From positions 1,178,001 through 1,242,000 of the forward strand of contig JAYWIR010000012.1 of the NCBI GenBank assembly GCA_036172245.1: a stretch of 64,000 bases of DNA, read 5' to 3'. Positions 25,325 to 37,999 of the stretch are shown piece after piece; position 1 is the first letter of the stretch, and every line of letters starts with the position of its first letter. The DNA comes from Raillietiella orientalis (Eukaryota). The notes below the pieces were generated by a model. It saw nothing but the letters and a program-made list of their open reading frames with translations, was not told the DNA's origin and did not search any database. The position numbers and the translations under genes are program-made.

Positions 25325-25545
25325 GGCTGGCGGACGGCCCCTGACCGAGCCCACCGCGCGAACATTTTTCTCTGAGATAAGCCCGAGGGCGATTCGGCGT
25401 GTTCCGTGGTTCCGGAGGGTGGAAGGATCGTTCGCTCTGCGTGGGGCGTTGCCGAGCAAGCCCTGGAAGAACATCCCGGAAGAGATGACGTCTGCCCGCT
25501 ACCGAGCAGCTCGCGCCAGTTTGCGTCATCAGCTGGATGACCACC
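25325..25545 (+). repeat. Arm 1 of an inverted duplication (partner at 28065-28360)
   Basis: cccctgaccgagcc...tctctgaga.aagcccgagggcgattcggcgtgttccg...ggaaggatcgttcgctc...gcgttgccgagcaagc and gcgccagtttgcgtcatcagctggatg both occur reverse-complemented at about 28.1-28.35 kb. Confidence 0.9.
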
Positions 25546-25849
25546 TTGTAATTTACTCTCGGACTGCTTGCTAGAGAACCGTCCCACTTCCTGTCCGGAC
25601 GGGCACAAAGGCGATATGTTGGGAGCAGCTGCTGGATTCAGGGAGACAACACGTCGTTGCCATCTTTCTGTTTATTTTTATTTTTCCCTCTTCCTCCACA
25701 TCTCTTTTTTTTTGGCCTTTTTAGACTGTTTCCGGTTTACTCGAAGATGGGAGGCCCTTCCGTGCTCGTGATGGCCCAGAAAAAAAAGATGGCGTCGGCG
25801 ACGTCGGCTCGGACTGCGACATCCCCACCGCTTCCACTGATTCGGACGC

Positions 25850-26290
25850 TTGGGAGTCAAAACTCAACGCGCACGTATCTTTCTTGGTCAGCATGAAGGT
25901 CCGCTGCTGCGTTTTTCGGAATCCTTCGAGAAAAGTCGGGGGCTCCAGATGAAAATCCTTTCTTTTCTGTCTTCTCAGTTCTTCGACACGGTTCCACGCC
26001 ACTCGAGGATGGGTAATTCTTCAAGATAGGGTGTACCCCGGAAGGAATACACCCTATCGAGAAACTTCTCATTTCCAGAGGATCTTTCAAGAAATCAGTA
26101 ATGAAGCTAAGCATTTTATTGATTCTCACCTCATGAACCTCAGATCCCGGCCCACTTTCACTCTCTCACTGGAGAGCAAATGGCTTGCTGTTGCACATGC
26201 AGAAAATAATGAGCGTCCTGTAGAAGAGTTTTCATCAGCAAATGTTGTTTCGAAAATTGGACCTCTGCTGAAAGTGGACCATAAGAACTG
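25850..26290 (-). mobile_element. Tc1/mariner-like transposase remnant
   Basis: RTLIIFCMCNSKPFALQ*E...RINKMLSF and FLERSSGNEKFLDRVYSF resemble TV.RIL...KPYK.Q..QEL...R..F and ...FL..I.FSDE. Confidence 0.4.
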
Positions 26291-26299
26291 AAAGACAAA

Positions 26300-26980
26300 T
26301 GCCAATTCTTCCTCCCTATGAATCCAGAAAGGACTCGGAGTCCGCTCCTCACACCTGGGGAGGGATCCCCGGAAATGGAGATCACCTCCACCCTGATTGT
26401 CTCCGAAGGGGAATCCTGAAGGAAGTGTCCTTCCTTATTCTCTCCGGAGTACACCGGGGAGGTCCGCTACATTTCTTCTTCTCTGAAGGGAACCCGGAAA
26501 GGATCCGCTCCTGTAATTTCTTCTCCAGAGGGATCCCCAGCAAGGGATCCTCTCCTGCTTACTCCTCTGATGAGAACCCAGAAGTGACACTTCCGAAATT
26601 CAGAAGGGCGCTGCTTTCCTGAAGGGATCGGTTCGCTTCTCTGTACTCTCCGGAGAGAGGGTGACGACTCACATACTCCATTAGTACGACTTGGAGGGTC
26701 CCTCAGGATTAGAAGGGAGCTCACAACCGGAGGGGAGCTCCCACTCCGTGATCCCTGGAAGGACCCAGAGGTCGACTCCCATTTGTCCCGTCCCTCATCG
26801 AGGGCATCCGGTTTCAACCGCTATCAGTGCCGCACCCGGATGAATGTAGGCCAACCGGCGTCATCTTGCAGGGTGAACTCGGAACCCACGAGGCACTGCG
26901 TTGATTCAGTTCGGGGTATTCGAACCCGCGACTCATGATGCCACTTACGCAGACCACCGTAACCATACGGCTTCCGAAGC
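26300..26980 (-). mobile_element. tRNA-headed SINE-like repeat, copy D
   Basis: The minus-strand head reads gccgtaTGGTTACGGTGG...cgcgGGTTCGAATACCCC (A-box-like plus B-box). Family body motifs and several 42-bp units follow. Confidence 0.75.
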
Positions 26981-28064
26981 GGGCCTGGATCATCTCAGGT
27001 AGCTGAAAGCCTCATCTTTGTGGGGGACGGCCATCCCAAACGAGTTGCTCCCGATTACAAGCACCTCCTTTCTCCCGTTCGGAGAGACTCCAGAGATGCT
27101 GTGCAGATGCATCACGTCCTTGTCTTTCTTCGCTGGAGGATCGTCCGTTTTCTCTTTGTAGGCAAGACTCGAGACTCTCCCTTACCACGAGTCCACCATT
27201 CTTGTCGCTTCCCTTTCCGCGCATGGAGCCTCGGAATCGCGTGCGAGAGCGCAGCTCATCTGATTGCAGTCAGACAGTCCGAGAGGGGCAGTCGCCGAAG
27301 AACCCCCGATCGGCCTGCCTTCGAATGCCTCGGAACAGCGACAGAGTGAAGCCCTCAAGCGTCGGCTGAGGAGCGCATCTGAAGAACCCCTCTTCTTGAT
27401 CAGCTTGACTGGAAGTGGGCCGGTCCCTCGGATCTCCCTTTCAGCAGACCCTCGACGTCGTCTCCGCCTCACCGAGAACACAACTCCACGGCCGTTTGTG
27501 CTCTTCGGTAACTGCCCGAAGCTCCCACGAGAGGACAGGCGAGAAGGAATCAAACTGGACAAAGAAGAGGATGCAGTCCTGAAGGAAGGAAACTGCAAAT
27601 TGCAGGGATAACAGTCACAGGGGAAAAGGACATTTGAGGACACGTCTGCATGAAGGTCAGCAGCCTGGGCAGACAAAGATGCGTTCCATGACCTGTAGGT
27701 GCGCCTGAGATCTTTATAAAAAGCTCTCTTACATATCCTCTCTGTAGAAGGAAGCGCTTCTGTGCATCCACATGGATGCTGGACCGGGATGCCGGAAGAA
27801 TGTGAGATACACCCGGCTGCACTCCGAGTGCTCCTTGAGGATGAAAAGGGAGATATCAAATTCCCATCCTCGACGGGAATCCAAGCTCTCAATTTTCCAT
27901 TCTTTTGAGGGGCGAATTTAGGACTGGTGAGTTCCTGCCCGCGAAGGGAGACCCCACTCACGCACGCATCACCATGAGCCGCATCTGCGAGTATCCCCGA
28001 CCAGGAGCTGTGGAGGTGCTCTGCCCCGCGGGACAGTACCCGACCAGGAGCTCTACAGGGCGAA

Positions 28065-28360
28065 CATCCAGCTGATGACGCAAACTGGCGCAAGCTGCCT
28101 CGCTATCAGGCGGGCGTCACCTCATCCTCTGCCGCCGTGCCATTAGAGAGGGTTCCCTGGAAGGCTGTTGCGTAAGCCACCTCCTGGTATGTTCCTGGAA
28201 GAATGCTCGTGGAACGTTGCTTGCTCGGCAACGCCGCACACGGAGCGAACGATCCTTCCTTCCTCGGGCACCGCGGAACACGCCGAATCGCCCTCGGGCT
28301 TGTCTCAGAGAAAGAAGTTCTCGCTGTTGGCTCGGTCAGGGGTCTCCCGCCAAGCATCTT
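28065..28360 (-). repeat. Arm 2 of an inverted duplication (partner at 25325-25545)
   Basis: This is a reverse-complement match to 25325-25545 with an internal indel. The ORF track shows the same peptide GGRPLTEPTART.FSE.SPRAIRRVP in both arms. Confidence 0.9.
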
Positions 28361-29319
28361 ATCCGCCTTCGCGAATAGGAAGCGGGGAGCCTATGGCTGA
28401 TAGATGACTCGTCTCTTTCCCGGAGGCAGGAGGGAAAACTCGCCCAGAGGAGTAAAAAAAAGCGACCACATATCCAGGGCTCGCCAAGAAGAATGAAACA
28501 GAAGTGGGATCGTGCAAGCCCTTGCTGCTCTCGGTCAGTCAGAACGGCGTCCAGAAAACGCAAGCAAGCGATAGCCAAGGAAGGGAGAGAGGGAGGTGCG
28601 ACACTGGTCGCCGACTGGACCGAAGGAAGCTGGGAAATAGAACTGCCGAGAGAGCAGCGCCTGGCCTCCACCCGGGGTTGCCAGACCAGCTATCACAGAA
28701 AGTCCATGGAGACCTCCAGAGGTGAAGAATATAGACCCGAAGATGGGGGTCTGCGATGGGAGAATCAGAGTAGAAAGAACTCAGTTGAGGAGGACTGCAA
28801 GAGTTGTGGCGATTAAAGATTCCACATGAGAAGATGTTGCTGATTTTCGATGGTGCAATGAAGTATCGAATGCTCTCCTCATCGCCACGTGAAACGAGAC
28901 CTGCTGCATTTCGAGAGTACTATTTCCCGAGAAAAAGAAAGGTTGCTTTCCAAAGGGAGAGAGAGAGGAAGGCATGCTGAAGACAAGCACATGCTCTGCC
29001 GTTTCGAAATCAGAATCGCATGCATCAACTCTTGAAGGTGCCGGTAAAAATTTGGAAGCCAAGTGCCATGCAAATCGAATAGGGAAACTCCAGAAAGGCA
29101 GCTTCAATGAAAGTCGGCACATCGGAATAGGAGACGTGATGCAAGTTGCATTTCTTGCAAGATGTGAGATGAATATGTAAGATGAATTCCTCCATAGTAG
29201 ACGTCTTGTTTCCACGCATCCTCCCACGAACGCGGGACTTCATGTTGAAGTTTTCTGCAGCAACCCAATCGGTTTAGTAATAGTCTCTAGTTGATTCGCA
29301 AGAGATAACAAATTGAAAC

Positions 29320-30480
29320 ATCGGTGAGGAGACGTAAGTACTGGGATGTGATGGAAGAAATTCGTTGCACATTCTACGGCAACGATTCGTCAATCCTAGA
29401 GGATAACAAAAAAAAAGGAAGCAGAAAAGTAGGAATGTTTCTGCATCTGCTAACTCCAGAAACAGTCGGGATGCAAGGAGCGTGGAATCAGACGAGCAGC
29501 ACTGCTTTGGATGGCCGAGCAGAGCCTCCAGAAGGCAACCAGTCGCTTCGAATTTCCCGAAAGGAACGAGCAGACCCCGCTCAGAGATATATCTTCGTGT
29601 GGGCCTGGAAGCAAGCAAACAAATCGTATCCCATAACTCTGCGTCCGTCGCCAGAAATCGCTTCCCAGCCGAAGACGTCCGCCCGTTCGTTCACGGAATG
29701 CTTCTTAAGGCGCAATCGCCACCAGTCTTCTTTCCGTTAGCCAGCGCGCAAATACCATTCGAGGTGTACACATAGCTCGAAGCAAAGGGTTGCCAAGTTT
29801 TTTCCCCACGCCGAGGGAGACCTCGCGAAGTTTCAAGGCCGATCGGCGACGGATGGACCGCATCAGCAATCGCTACTGCCGCAGCGAGGCGAAACCGGGA
29901 ACGGCCTGGGGACGAGAATGGAACGTTGTCCCGTTTCGGTGCACGCGTCCCAGATGCGGCGCATCTCCATACCGGAGCCTAAGCTCCCCGCGAGATTTGA
30001 GAATCGTTCCAGGTTCAATCCGAAGTTTTCGTAGACAGGGGAGGCGTTTCCTTTCTGTAGAGCCGATGCCAGAGGCAGAGGATACGTCTCGTACCCACCC
30101 CAGTCCCCAGAAATCGTGAAGCACCCGGCGACCCGAAAAGTGTTCGCATTCGCGTCTCGAAGCCACGCTGCAGCGAAGCACACGTAAAGGAGGGACTATT
30201 GCAGCGTGAGTACTGATCTGCTTTGGAGTTTCCCGGTCATTGCAACAGCCCTCCAGCAGAAGGTCCAGCGAACCGATGCGGTTCATGACGCTGACCCTCT
30301 GTTTGGATTCGACCGAACCGACGCCCCGGAGTCAGGAAGGCGCTGCCGCGTTTGCCAACTGGAAAGAAACGGAACGGCACGGCCTGTTCAACAGGAAATC
30401 ATTACTTTCCCGGAAGTCCCTGGCCACGGCGACACCGCAAGACGCTCTCGCTGGCTCCCAGGGGAGGGACTCGGCTTTTC
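29320..30480 (+). mobile_element. Gypsy-type gag and integrase remnants
   Basis: VGMFLHLLTPE...AQRYIFVWAWKQANKSY...LR resembles gag ER..F...Q...ES...LR. RCGASPYR is knuckle-like, and RCRVCQLER...EIITFPEVP resembles integrase C..CQ...P..PW. Confidence 0.4.
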
Positions 30481-31569
30481 CAGGGATATATAGAGAGATC
30501 TTACCGTCGGAAGAATGCATTGATTCGCTGACCCTTCCTTGACCCTCCGGGACTCGGCGGGGAGAGCTCGGCCAAGGGTGATTCGGTCAGAAGAGCTGGG
30601 TCAAGGGTGACGCGGTGACAGACAGAAACGTATGGCGCCGATAAGAGAGTCCGACATCCTCCGTCTTTTCTGGAAGCCCCGGAAGAAGCTGTCTGAAGCG
30701 ATCCCTCAATTGGAAGCAAAATTTTGTTCTCCCTGGCAACTGGCGGATGTTGACCCGCCGCGGTAGCGCTGCTGGAAAGAATCGAATTTGATCCTTTTCT
30801 GAAAAAACGCGTCGGTGGGAGAGAGGAGGACGGAGAGAGCCTGAGATGAACTCACCACTTCCTTCTTCACCTCCAGTCTTTACAATCGGAAATTCCGCAT
30901 AGCTTCCCACGGATCTTCGCGTTCTTCTTGAGACTCAGGGCGCGAGAGCAAACCGGATGCAGAGAGCGTGCAATTCTGGTTTAGAGCTCCTTGAAGGTTC
31001 AGGCAAAGATCTTCTTTGTAAACTATTAAATTAAGAAAAGGACGCTCATCCTAAATCCGTATGCTGACTGCTTTGTTTTTTGTTTTTTTTTTTAAGCATC
31101 TCAGCACTGTTCCAGTGCATTCCAGAGAACGTCATCCTCCCATAAAGCAGCTTCCATTGCAAGAAATTTCTGCAACAGTTCAAAGCGCGTCCTGTTGCTC
31201 CTTCTCGATGAGAGAACCGTTGCAGAGGAGTTGTCGGGGTCGTGGAGAAGGCGGATTTTCCGCTTAGACCACCGCAACAAACGGCCGTTTTCCCCCTTGT
31301 CGAAATAGGACTTTGTGTGCAGATGTGGGAACCGTGCTTTCGAGTCCCTCTCACGTTCCACACGGGAAGGAAAGCTGGTGAGCAGTTACCTGGAAACATG
31401 GATCAGCCATCTCTCTTTCATCTCTCATCTCAACTCCTATGTGCCACTGAGGTCCAGGATTACGGCCTCACGACCCTCGCGGAGCTGTGGACTTCTCCGT
31501 GGACAAGGCGGAGGACCTTCCTCCCCCTTCCTCACCACAAGAAGCTCAGCGGGAATTCTTGCAGCCCGT

Positions 31570-32180
31570 TTGAGCGGCCGTGAGGCTGCGGCCTCCGCGC
31601 GTGGTGGACTCTGGAAGCCGAATGACCCCGTGGAGCCATCAGGATTGGAATTTGACCAGGGGTTCTTTCAGAAGTCAAGGAGACTTTCTGGATCACCTGT
31701 GGTTGTGAAAATGGGGCTGCTCCTTCCTCGTAAGGGAGAGATCCTTCAGCGCTCACCATGGAGCTGGTTGATACCACCAGAGTGTCAAGAAGCGCCCCGT
31801 TCCCTTCGGGGTTCTCTTCAGAGGAAGAGTAAACGAGGGGCGGTTTCCTTGTGGGTGCCATCCGGATAAGAAATTCAGGAGAGGATCCTTTCCGAGTTCC
31901 CTTCGGAGAAGAAATGAGGAGCAGCATCCATAAACCAAAAGTCTCTCCGGAGAGAATAAGGAAGTGGTTCCCTTCCAAGAGTAAGAGAGGGACGGACTCC
32001 TTCCTTGAAACTATCCTGGATTTATAAGGTGGTCCCTCCGGGGTTGCACTCTAGCTTGAAGAGCTGACATGCACCCTCGAGTGGCGTTTTTTTCACAAGC
32101 GACAGCTTGTGAAAAAAACCTTCGTGACTCCCTTAAGAGGGCAAATAGTTCTCCAGCACTTGGCGGACCCAAAAAAGACA
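31570..32180 (+). mobile_element. SINE-like repeat, copy E (headless)
   Basis: It contains ccatggagctggttgata, gagtgtcaagaagcgc, cccttcggggttctcttcagaggaag and the 42-bp units. It ends with the tail ctggatttataagg...caccctcgagtggcg and an A-rich end. Confidence 0.75.
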
Positions 32181-32899
32181 AGATCTGGAAAACAAGCAAC
32201 GAAAGCAGAAGAACCCAAAGGAATGTCCATTGTTCAGGGGACTCCTGGAAACAACGCCGGTTGGCGCATCTCCGGTGTTGTCAAGAGCTGCTAGGAGGGG
32301 TGATGTCTGGTTTGCGGGGGTTCCAAATCCAAGAGATGACGCCGGTTCCTACCCAGAAACCGATAGCTGCGCTGCGCAGCCATTTCCCGAACTTCTTCCG
32401 AGATTGGGGCAACCGCCGCCCCCTCAGCCGGAAATCTGCGGGTTAACAGGCGGCGTCGAAGCATCCCTCCTCCGAGGGGAAGGTGCGCGCAAGTCTTCGA
32501 GGGAGCAGCCCTTGCGCGCTCCGGCCCGGCATCCGGAAATCGGGTAGACGTGCCAGGAATGCCTCAATGCCTATTAAGGTTATGTGCTTTAATTGGATTA
32601 GAGAAGCACTTGGCTATTAAGACCCGAAAGGTGTCATTAAATCGGGCGATTCTGCGAGATAGCTTCAGATGTGATTTGTTGCCGCTGCACACGAAGAATG
32701 CAAGTGAGATTTTATACTTTCCGGTTGCCAGGGACCACTCCTCCATGCCAGCTTGAGGAGGAGGAGGAACGACGTGGTGTACTGGGTTCGGTTCTCCAAA
32801 CAGAGAATCGTCGGGCGCTGCCGCGGCGCCGGGAAGCCAGGGCGGAAGGGGGAGCAGCCGAGATCGCACTAAGAACCATCGAGTGACCGTCGTCGTACG

Positions 32900-33800
32900 G
32901 CGAGGAGGCAAACCCTGCTGCTCGGAGCGTGAGCAAATTTCTTGAGGGCCCAGGGTGGGCTGGAGACGGGTCGGCGCGACTTTCTCACCGTGTCACATGA
33001 TGTCGGAAGTACAGTGCACTTCCCAAGCATCAGGAAGGACCACCGCAATCCGCTAATCGCCTCCGATTCAAGGGGTCCCGTAGGCACTTGCGGTGGATGT
33101 GAAGGTGGGTGGTCGCCGGATTCGTTTCCCGTTGCCGACGACGGGCGTAAGCGCAGCAGTGGACAACGCCTCCTCCTCTTGGAGGGAGGTGAATGGGGAG
33201 CGATCGCGCGCGTTCTCCTAAGAATGCCGAAGACACCTAGGAGCATCACATTGCATGGCAACGGGTCTCCTGGGGACCAGGCAGCGAGTGCAGCTCCTCG
33301 ACTCAAAGCAGCTTCAGCTGGATGAGACCGCCTGTTCATCTGCGGGGAACCTTCGTGGGAGACAGCTGCCCAGTTTCGAACCCGGACCGGCGCTGTGCAA
33401 GAGGACCCACACAAGTGGGGTTGCCTTGCGGAGGGGGACCGGGGGAAGGGATTACGGCCTGCCGGAGGCCGTTCTCAGCATCCTCTCAAGGAGTCGGCTA
33501 GTTTCGCACCTTCTCTCAGGTGCGAGGCCACCTCTCCGTCCCCACAAAGAGCGTAGGACCACGTGGATGGCGTGTCCCTACTGCCGCTCCAGGCGGTCAC
33601 GACCCTGCGTAGGTAGCGCAGGGCTTCTGGAGATGCAGCCGACAACAGCGCATTGCGCACGAAGAGGGGTTTTCGGGAGTCCCTGGGATCGCCGCGTGGG
33701 GTCCGGAGGGTCGTCGCCGCGAGACGTTCCCTCAAGGGTCGCAAGGCATCCGCAAGACGACCCACAGAGCTCTCGCCCCAGCACTTGGAACGCTCTTCGT
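32900..33800 (-). mobile_element. P-element / THAP9-type transposase pseudogene, copy 1
   Basis: Motifs occur in the expected order: PLFVRNALLSAASPEALRYLRR (like RFAL.L...SP.AY.YLR), LCGDGEV (like L.FDEM), VEELHSL..RPVAMQCDA (like ..LE..G..V..I.CD), HIHRKCLRDPL (like PHLLKC.RN.L) and GEKVAP. Confidence 0.7.
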
Positions 33801-34769
33801 CTGGCCCCCTTCCTGCCTGCATCCCTGACTCCCGCTGCTCCGGCGCCCTTAGCCCGAGGAGCCCCGGGAAGCGAGCGAGCGCAGAACTCCTCGGTGAGGA
33901 GGAGGCTGCGAAGGTTGCCCGGTCCGCCCGAAGGCACGCCAAGGGTCCCCTCGCCTTGGAACGCGATCTCTCCCGGTGCCGCTGCAGGCGTGCCCGAGGC
34001 TCCCAGCGTCCTCGCGTGACATCCATCGAAGTCCCGGAACGGGAGAATGGCAGTATCGGGGAGAGCAGCGGCCGCTCCCTCGCGGGGTCGCCGGCGCCGC
34101 GTTTTCCCTTTTCTATTAGTGAGAGGCGCGCGGCACGATGATAAATCCCGCTTATCTGCTTCATTTGAAAGTCATGCAGGCCCACGTGATGTCACCGGGA
34201 CGGCGATAACGCTCCTTTGTAATTTGCGCGGGAGATATCTTTTCGACTCGCTCCGCCGGGGGGCGCGCGCGGGTCGCGAGTCCGCCCTGGCGGGCGACGG
34301 AGGCGCCCGCTCGCTCGCTCTCGGGCCCTCAACGGCGGTGAACGGTCCCTGGGACCTCGGCATGCGGAAGAGGCGCGCTCGTCCTTGAGCCTCCCTTGCT
34401 GAGGCTAGCCAGACGACCTCGTCCTGGAGCTCCGTGCCGCGATGGTCGTCACGACGGGCAGGTGTGGGAGGGAGTTGGATTTTTAGCCCAGGATCGCGTT
34501 TGGGCATTCAGGTAGGGGCGTTTATTTATTTAAAACATAAATAAATAAATAAGCAGCACAAAGGTAGTGGGGCCATTGGTTCTACCACGTCCAGACGATG
34601 AGGAATCTGCCGAGAAACCGGTGCGCGGACCGGCGAGGGTGACCTCGACATCAGGGGTGGAACAGAAGAAACAAAAGGCACAAAAATAAAAATACAAGCA
34701 GGAACTTCGGGGGACCAGGAGAAGGGGTTACAGACTGCCACAGGCTGTCCTTTGCATTCTCTCGAGGAT

Positions 34770-35330
34770 ATCGGCAAGTTCCTTTCCCGCTGCCGACGAC
34801 GAGCGTAGCCGCAGTAGTGGACAACGCTGCCTCCTCTTGCAGGGAGGTGAATGGGGAACGATCGCGCGCGTTCTCCCAAGAATGCCGAAGACACCTGGGA
34901 GCATCACATTTAATGGCAACGGGTCTCCTGGGGACCAGGCAAGGAGTGCAGCTCCTCGACGCAAAGCAGCTCCAGCTGGATGAGGCCGCCTGTTCATCTG
35001 CGGGGAACCTTCGGGGGAGATGGCTGCCCGGTTTCGAACCCGGACCGGCTCTGTGCAAGACGAAACCTTCTCTCAGGTGCGGGGTCACCTCGCCGTCCTC
35101 CGCAAAGAGCGTAGGGCTACGTGGATGGCGCGACCCTGGCGCCTCTCTAGGCCGCCATGACCTCATATAGGCAGCAAGGGGCTGCTGGGGATGTGGCCAG
35201 CGGCTACGCATCGCACGCGAAGAGGGGTTCCTGGGCATCCCTGGAGGCACCACGTGGGGTTCGGAGAGCCACCACCGCGAGATGTTTCTGCAAGGGTCGC
35301 CAGGCGACGCAGTCTACGAGCATTTCCGTC
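34770..35330 (-). mobile_element. P-element / THAP9-type transposase pseudogene, copy 2 (direct duplicate)
   Basis: Bases 34780-35060 closely match 33125-33400, and ORF 34651..35253 contains RRPVAIKCDAPRCLR. Confidence 0.7.
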
Positions 35331-35539
35331 CGATCACTCCCGGGAACGTTCATTAAACGAAAATGAAAATGCCAGTCGAAAAACAACCGAAGGCGAAAGC
35401 TCAAGAGGAGGACTCGCCGGCACGCAGTTAGGACGTCTCAAAATAGGGAACGGAAGAGAACAATAACTAAATAAAGGAAAGGTGGGGCAACCTGTCGTTT
35501 CCGCTTTTGAGAAGCGGCGTCGGACGCTGGCGATCTGCG

Positions 35540-35900
35540 TCGTCACTTCCACTTCCAGGTGAGGCCACCTCGCAGCCGTCCCCATGTGAACGGCTGCCAT
35601 ACCGGTGACTCTCGGTCGCTACGCCTGCGTCTCCAGCACATAGCGAGCCAGCATGACGATGGCACAGATGCAATCGGTCATTGCGATCGCTGCGTCGGTC
35701 AAGTGTTCGTCGGGCACGAAGAACCGCCGCGTCAAGTCACGGGCGGTATCCTCCTGGTGCAGCCTTCGCCACAGTTTTTGGGGAACACCACAGCCCACGA
35801 GGAGATGCAGAGAGATCCACGTGCCCTCCTCCCGGCTGCTGTTCGAGTCTATCCATCACCCTCCCTTGGGTCCAGTGATGCCGGCGAGCGATGCATGGGA
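35540..35900 (-). mobile_element. BEL/Pao protease-like remnant, paralogous to 23715-23940
   Basis: It shares DNA with 23.7-23.9 kb (ccaggtgaggccacct, ctccagcacat, tgacgatggcac, ggcacgaag.accg, tcctggtgcag). The peptide reads RRFFVPDEHL...AARWPHLE. Confidence 0.35.
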
Positions 35901-36959
35901 AACCCCAGGGCAGCAGCAGGAATGCCAACTCCCCTCATTGGAGAGGAAGGGCGCTGCTGTTCAAGAACGCCGGGGGCCACTCGAGATCTTCGCGGGGAAT
36001 CCCCAGCAGCTCATTCCAGAGCAGAAGTCCTTGAGGTGGAACACTCGGGGTCGACTGACCAGCTCTCTGAGCACCGAGCGTCCCCTACGTGGTGGTGGTC
36101 TCACAGAGGACTCCCCATTCTGCCGGTAGGCTGCTGCCAATCTGCTCCCACAAGGAGGGCAGCTCCCCCAACTCTCCCTGCAGAGAAAGAGAGTGGGAAG
36201 GGAGCAGGGAGAAGTCAGCAACCTCCGTCACCACCACGGAGCGCGCGAATCCTCTCAGGGGCGGTTTCTCCGAAGGTCATCCTCGTCAGCTGCCCACCTT
36301 CTCCTGCGCTCCGAGATGGGAGGTAGGTGCGGGCTGCAGGCACTCGGCAGGCGGTCCCGGAGTCAGGAAGCGAAGGACTCCGAGCCCTGAGACACAGGAA
36401 GACGAAAAAGAAGAGGGAGGAGAAAGAAAAGGACGGGCTCAATCCAAATCCGGTCCAAATGTGGAAGAGCGTCAGAGGAACAGAGATCTGCCAAAAGGAT
36501 TTGCGGAAGCTGTGGCAGAAACTCTTCGCAATCAGCTTTTGATTTACGTCCCCGCTTTACGGTCACGGCCGGATGGATGGTCCGCGGAGGGCGCTGCTGC
36601 CGATCGATGTTTTTTCGTCCGCGGAACTCGACGGATCGCGCCCGCACGCGTTCCGGAAGGCGGCCTCCGATCCCAGGCTGCACGGGAATGTTGGGCACCT
36701 CGTGGGCGCTCACCTGCGTAGGGTATGCAGTCATCCGCGCAGTGGGGAACGTGCGCGCGTACGTTTACGAGAGTGGCTCTCTCTGAGGCACGCTCTGAGT
36801 AGGGCACGCGCTCTCGGACGCGGGCATGCGTACTCCCACGCTCCTCCCTCAGGCGCTGCGCAGTGGCGCAAACAAAACACGTCGATCAACCCGTTGACGC
36901 TCCTGCGGTCACTCAGGCCATTTTGAAGCGAGAAGAGGGGAGCAGCGATGGGACGTGGT

Positions 36960-37340
36960 CACCGCTGCTCCCGTTCCGTTGCAGAAGCCAGGAGTGATGA
37001 ACGATTAGCGTTGTGGAGTGCGTTCAACCGTTCCTCCCTTTGCAGCCGAAGGAGGAACCTTGGATCTCAGATGACCTTTCGCGGCCAGATCTCTGGGGCA
37101 CTTCCCAAGATTTCTCCATCGAATGGTCTTCCACCAGGCAAAAAACAACCTGTGGGAATCAGGAAGGGTGTCTTCTCAAACATCACAAACTCAGCATTTG
37201 ACACGATGGCACGTTACTGACGGATGGCTTCCAATGGTCACTGGAGAGCGCCGATCTCGTTGTGCTGCTCTCGAAGGGAATTCCATCGGAAGACTTCGCG
37301 GATCCGACGCAAGATCACCAAAGTCACTTGGCTTCCCTTC
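36960..37340 (-). mobile_element. LTR-retrotransposon integrase zinc-binding remnant
   Basis: GSQVTLVILRRIREVFRWNSLR and SVSNVPSCQ...PFLIPTG resemble H.G...T..RIR..F.W..L...V..C..CQ...L.PI. Confidence 0.4.
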
Positions 37341-37554
37341 TCCTCGCTTCCGGCCTCCCTAACACCTTCCTACGCACGGACGCGTGCCTTCGGAGGAGTC
37401 TTCCCTTCCTTTCGGCACGGGGATGGACAGCCGAACCAAGACCGCATGCTACGTCATCTTCACGCTCCTCCTGTGATGTCAGAGAGCACCGGCTGTTACT
37501 ATCGATTCGTGACTGCCTTGTGGTAGCCGGTGCCGCGTGTCCGGTAGACAGAAA

Positions 37555-37581
37555 CAGCAGCAGCAGCAGCAGCAGCAACAA
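37555..37581. repeat. (CAG)7(CAA)2 trinucleotide repeat
   Basis: Directly visible. Confidence 0.95.
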
Positions 37582-37999
37582 ACGCATTACCACTCTTGGT
37601 GGCGGCCGGCGAGACAAGAAGCGTTTATTGGCGATGTGTCCAATTCCCCTGCGAAATTCCGCCTCATCTTGCTGAGCTCCTCGCACGGCCGCCTTCCATT
37701 ATCCGCTTCTTGGGCACAAGTCGAGATCGCTCTCAAGACGGAACGCTTTGCATTTCCCTGGGATGATCTCCGTTCGAAACACCTCCAGACGCCCCGATTT
37801 CCTTCTTTGACAAACAACTTCCGGCTCCCGCTGGAAGACGCACACTGCGAATCCTGCGCAAATCCTTGATTTTCAGGAACGCGTGCGGGCACGCCTGGCG
37901 TCTGAGCTCCGCGTCTCGGTGGAGGTGGGGAAGGGGAGGAGCTACCCCATTGGCAACGATCTCTCGCGCAACACCCTCAACGTTCCCTGAGGTGACGAT

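Noticed and set aside
31190..31480. Death domain (RTVAEELSGSWRR)
   Set aside because: It is a single short resemblance with no supporting downstream helices.
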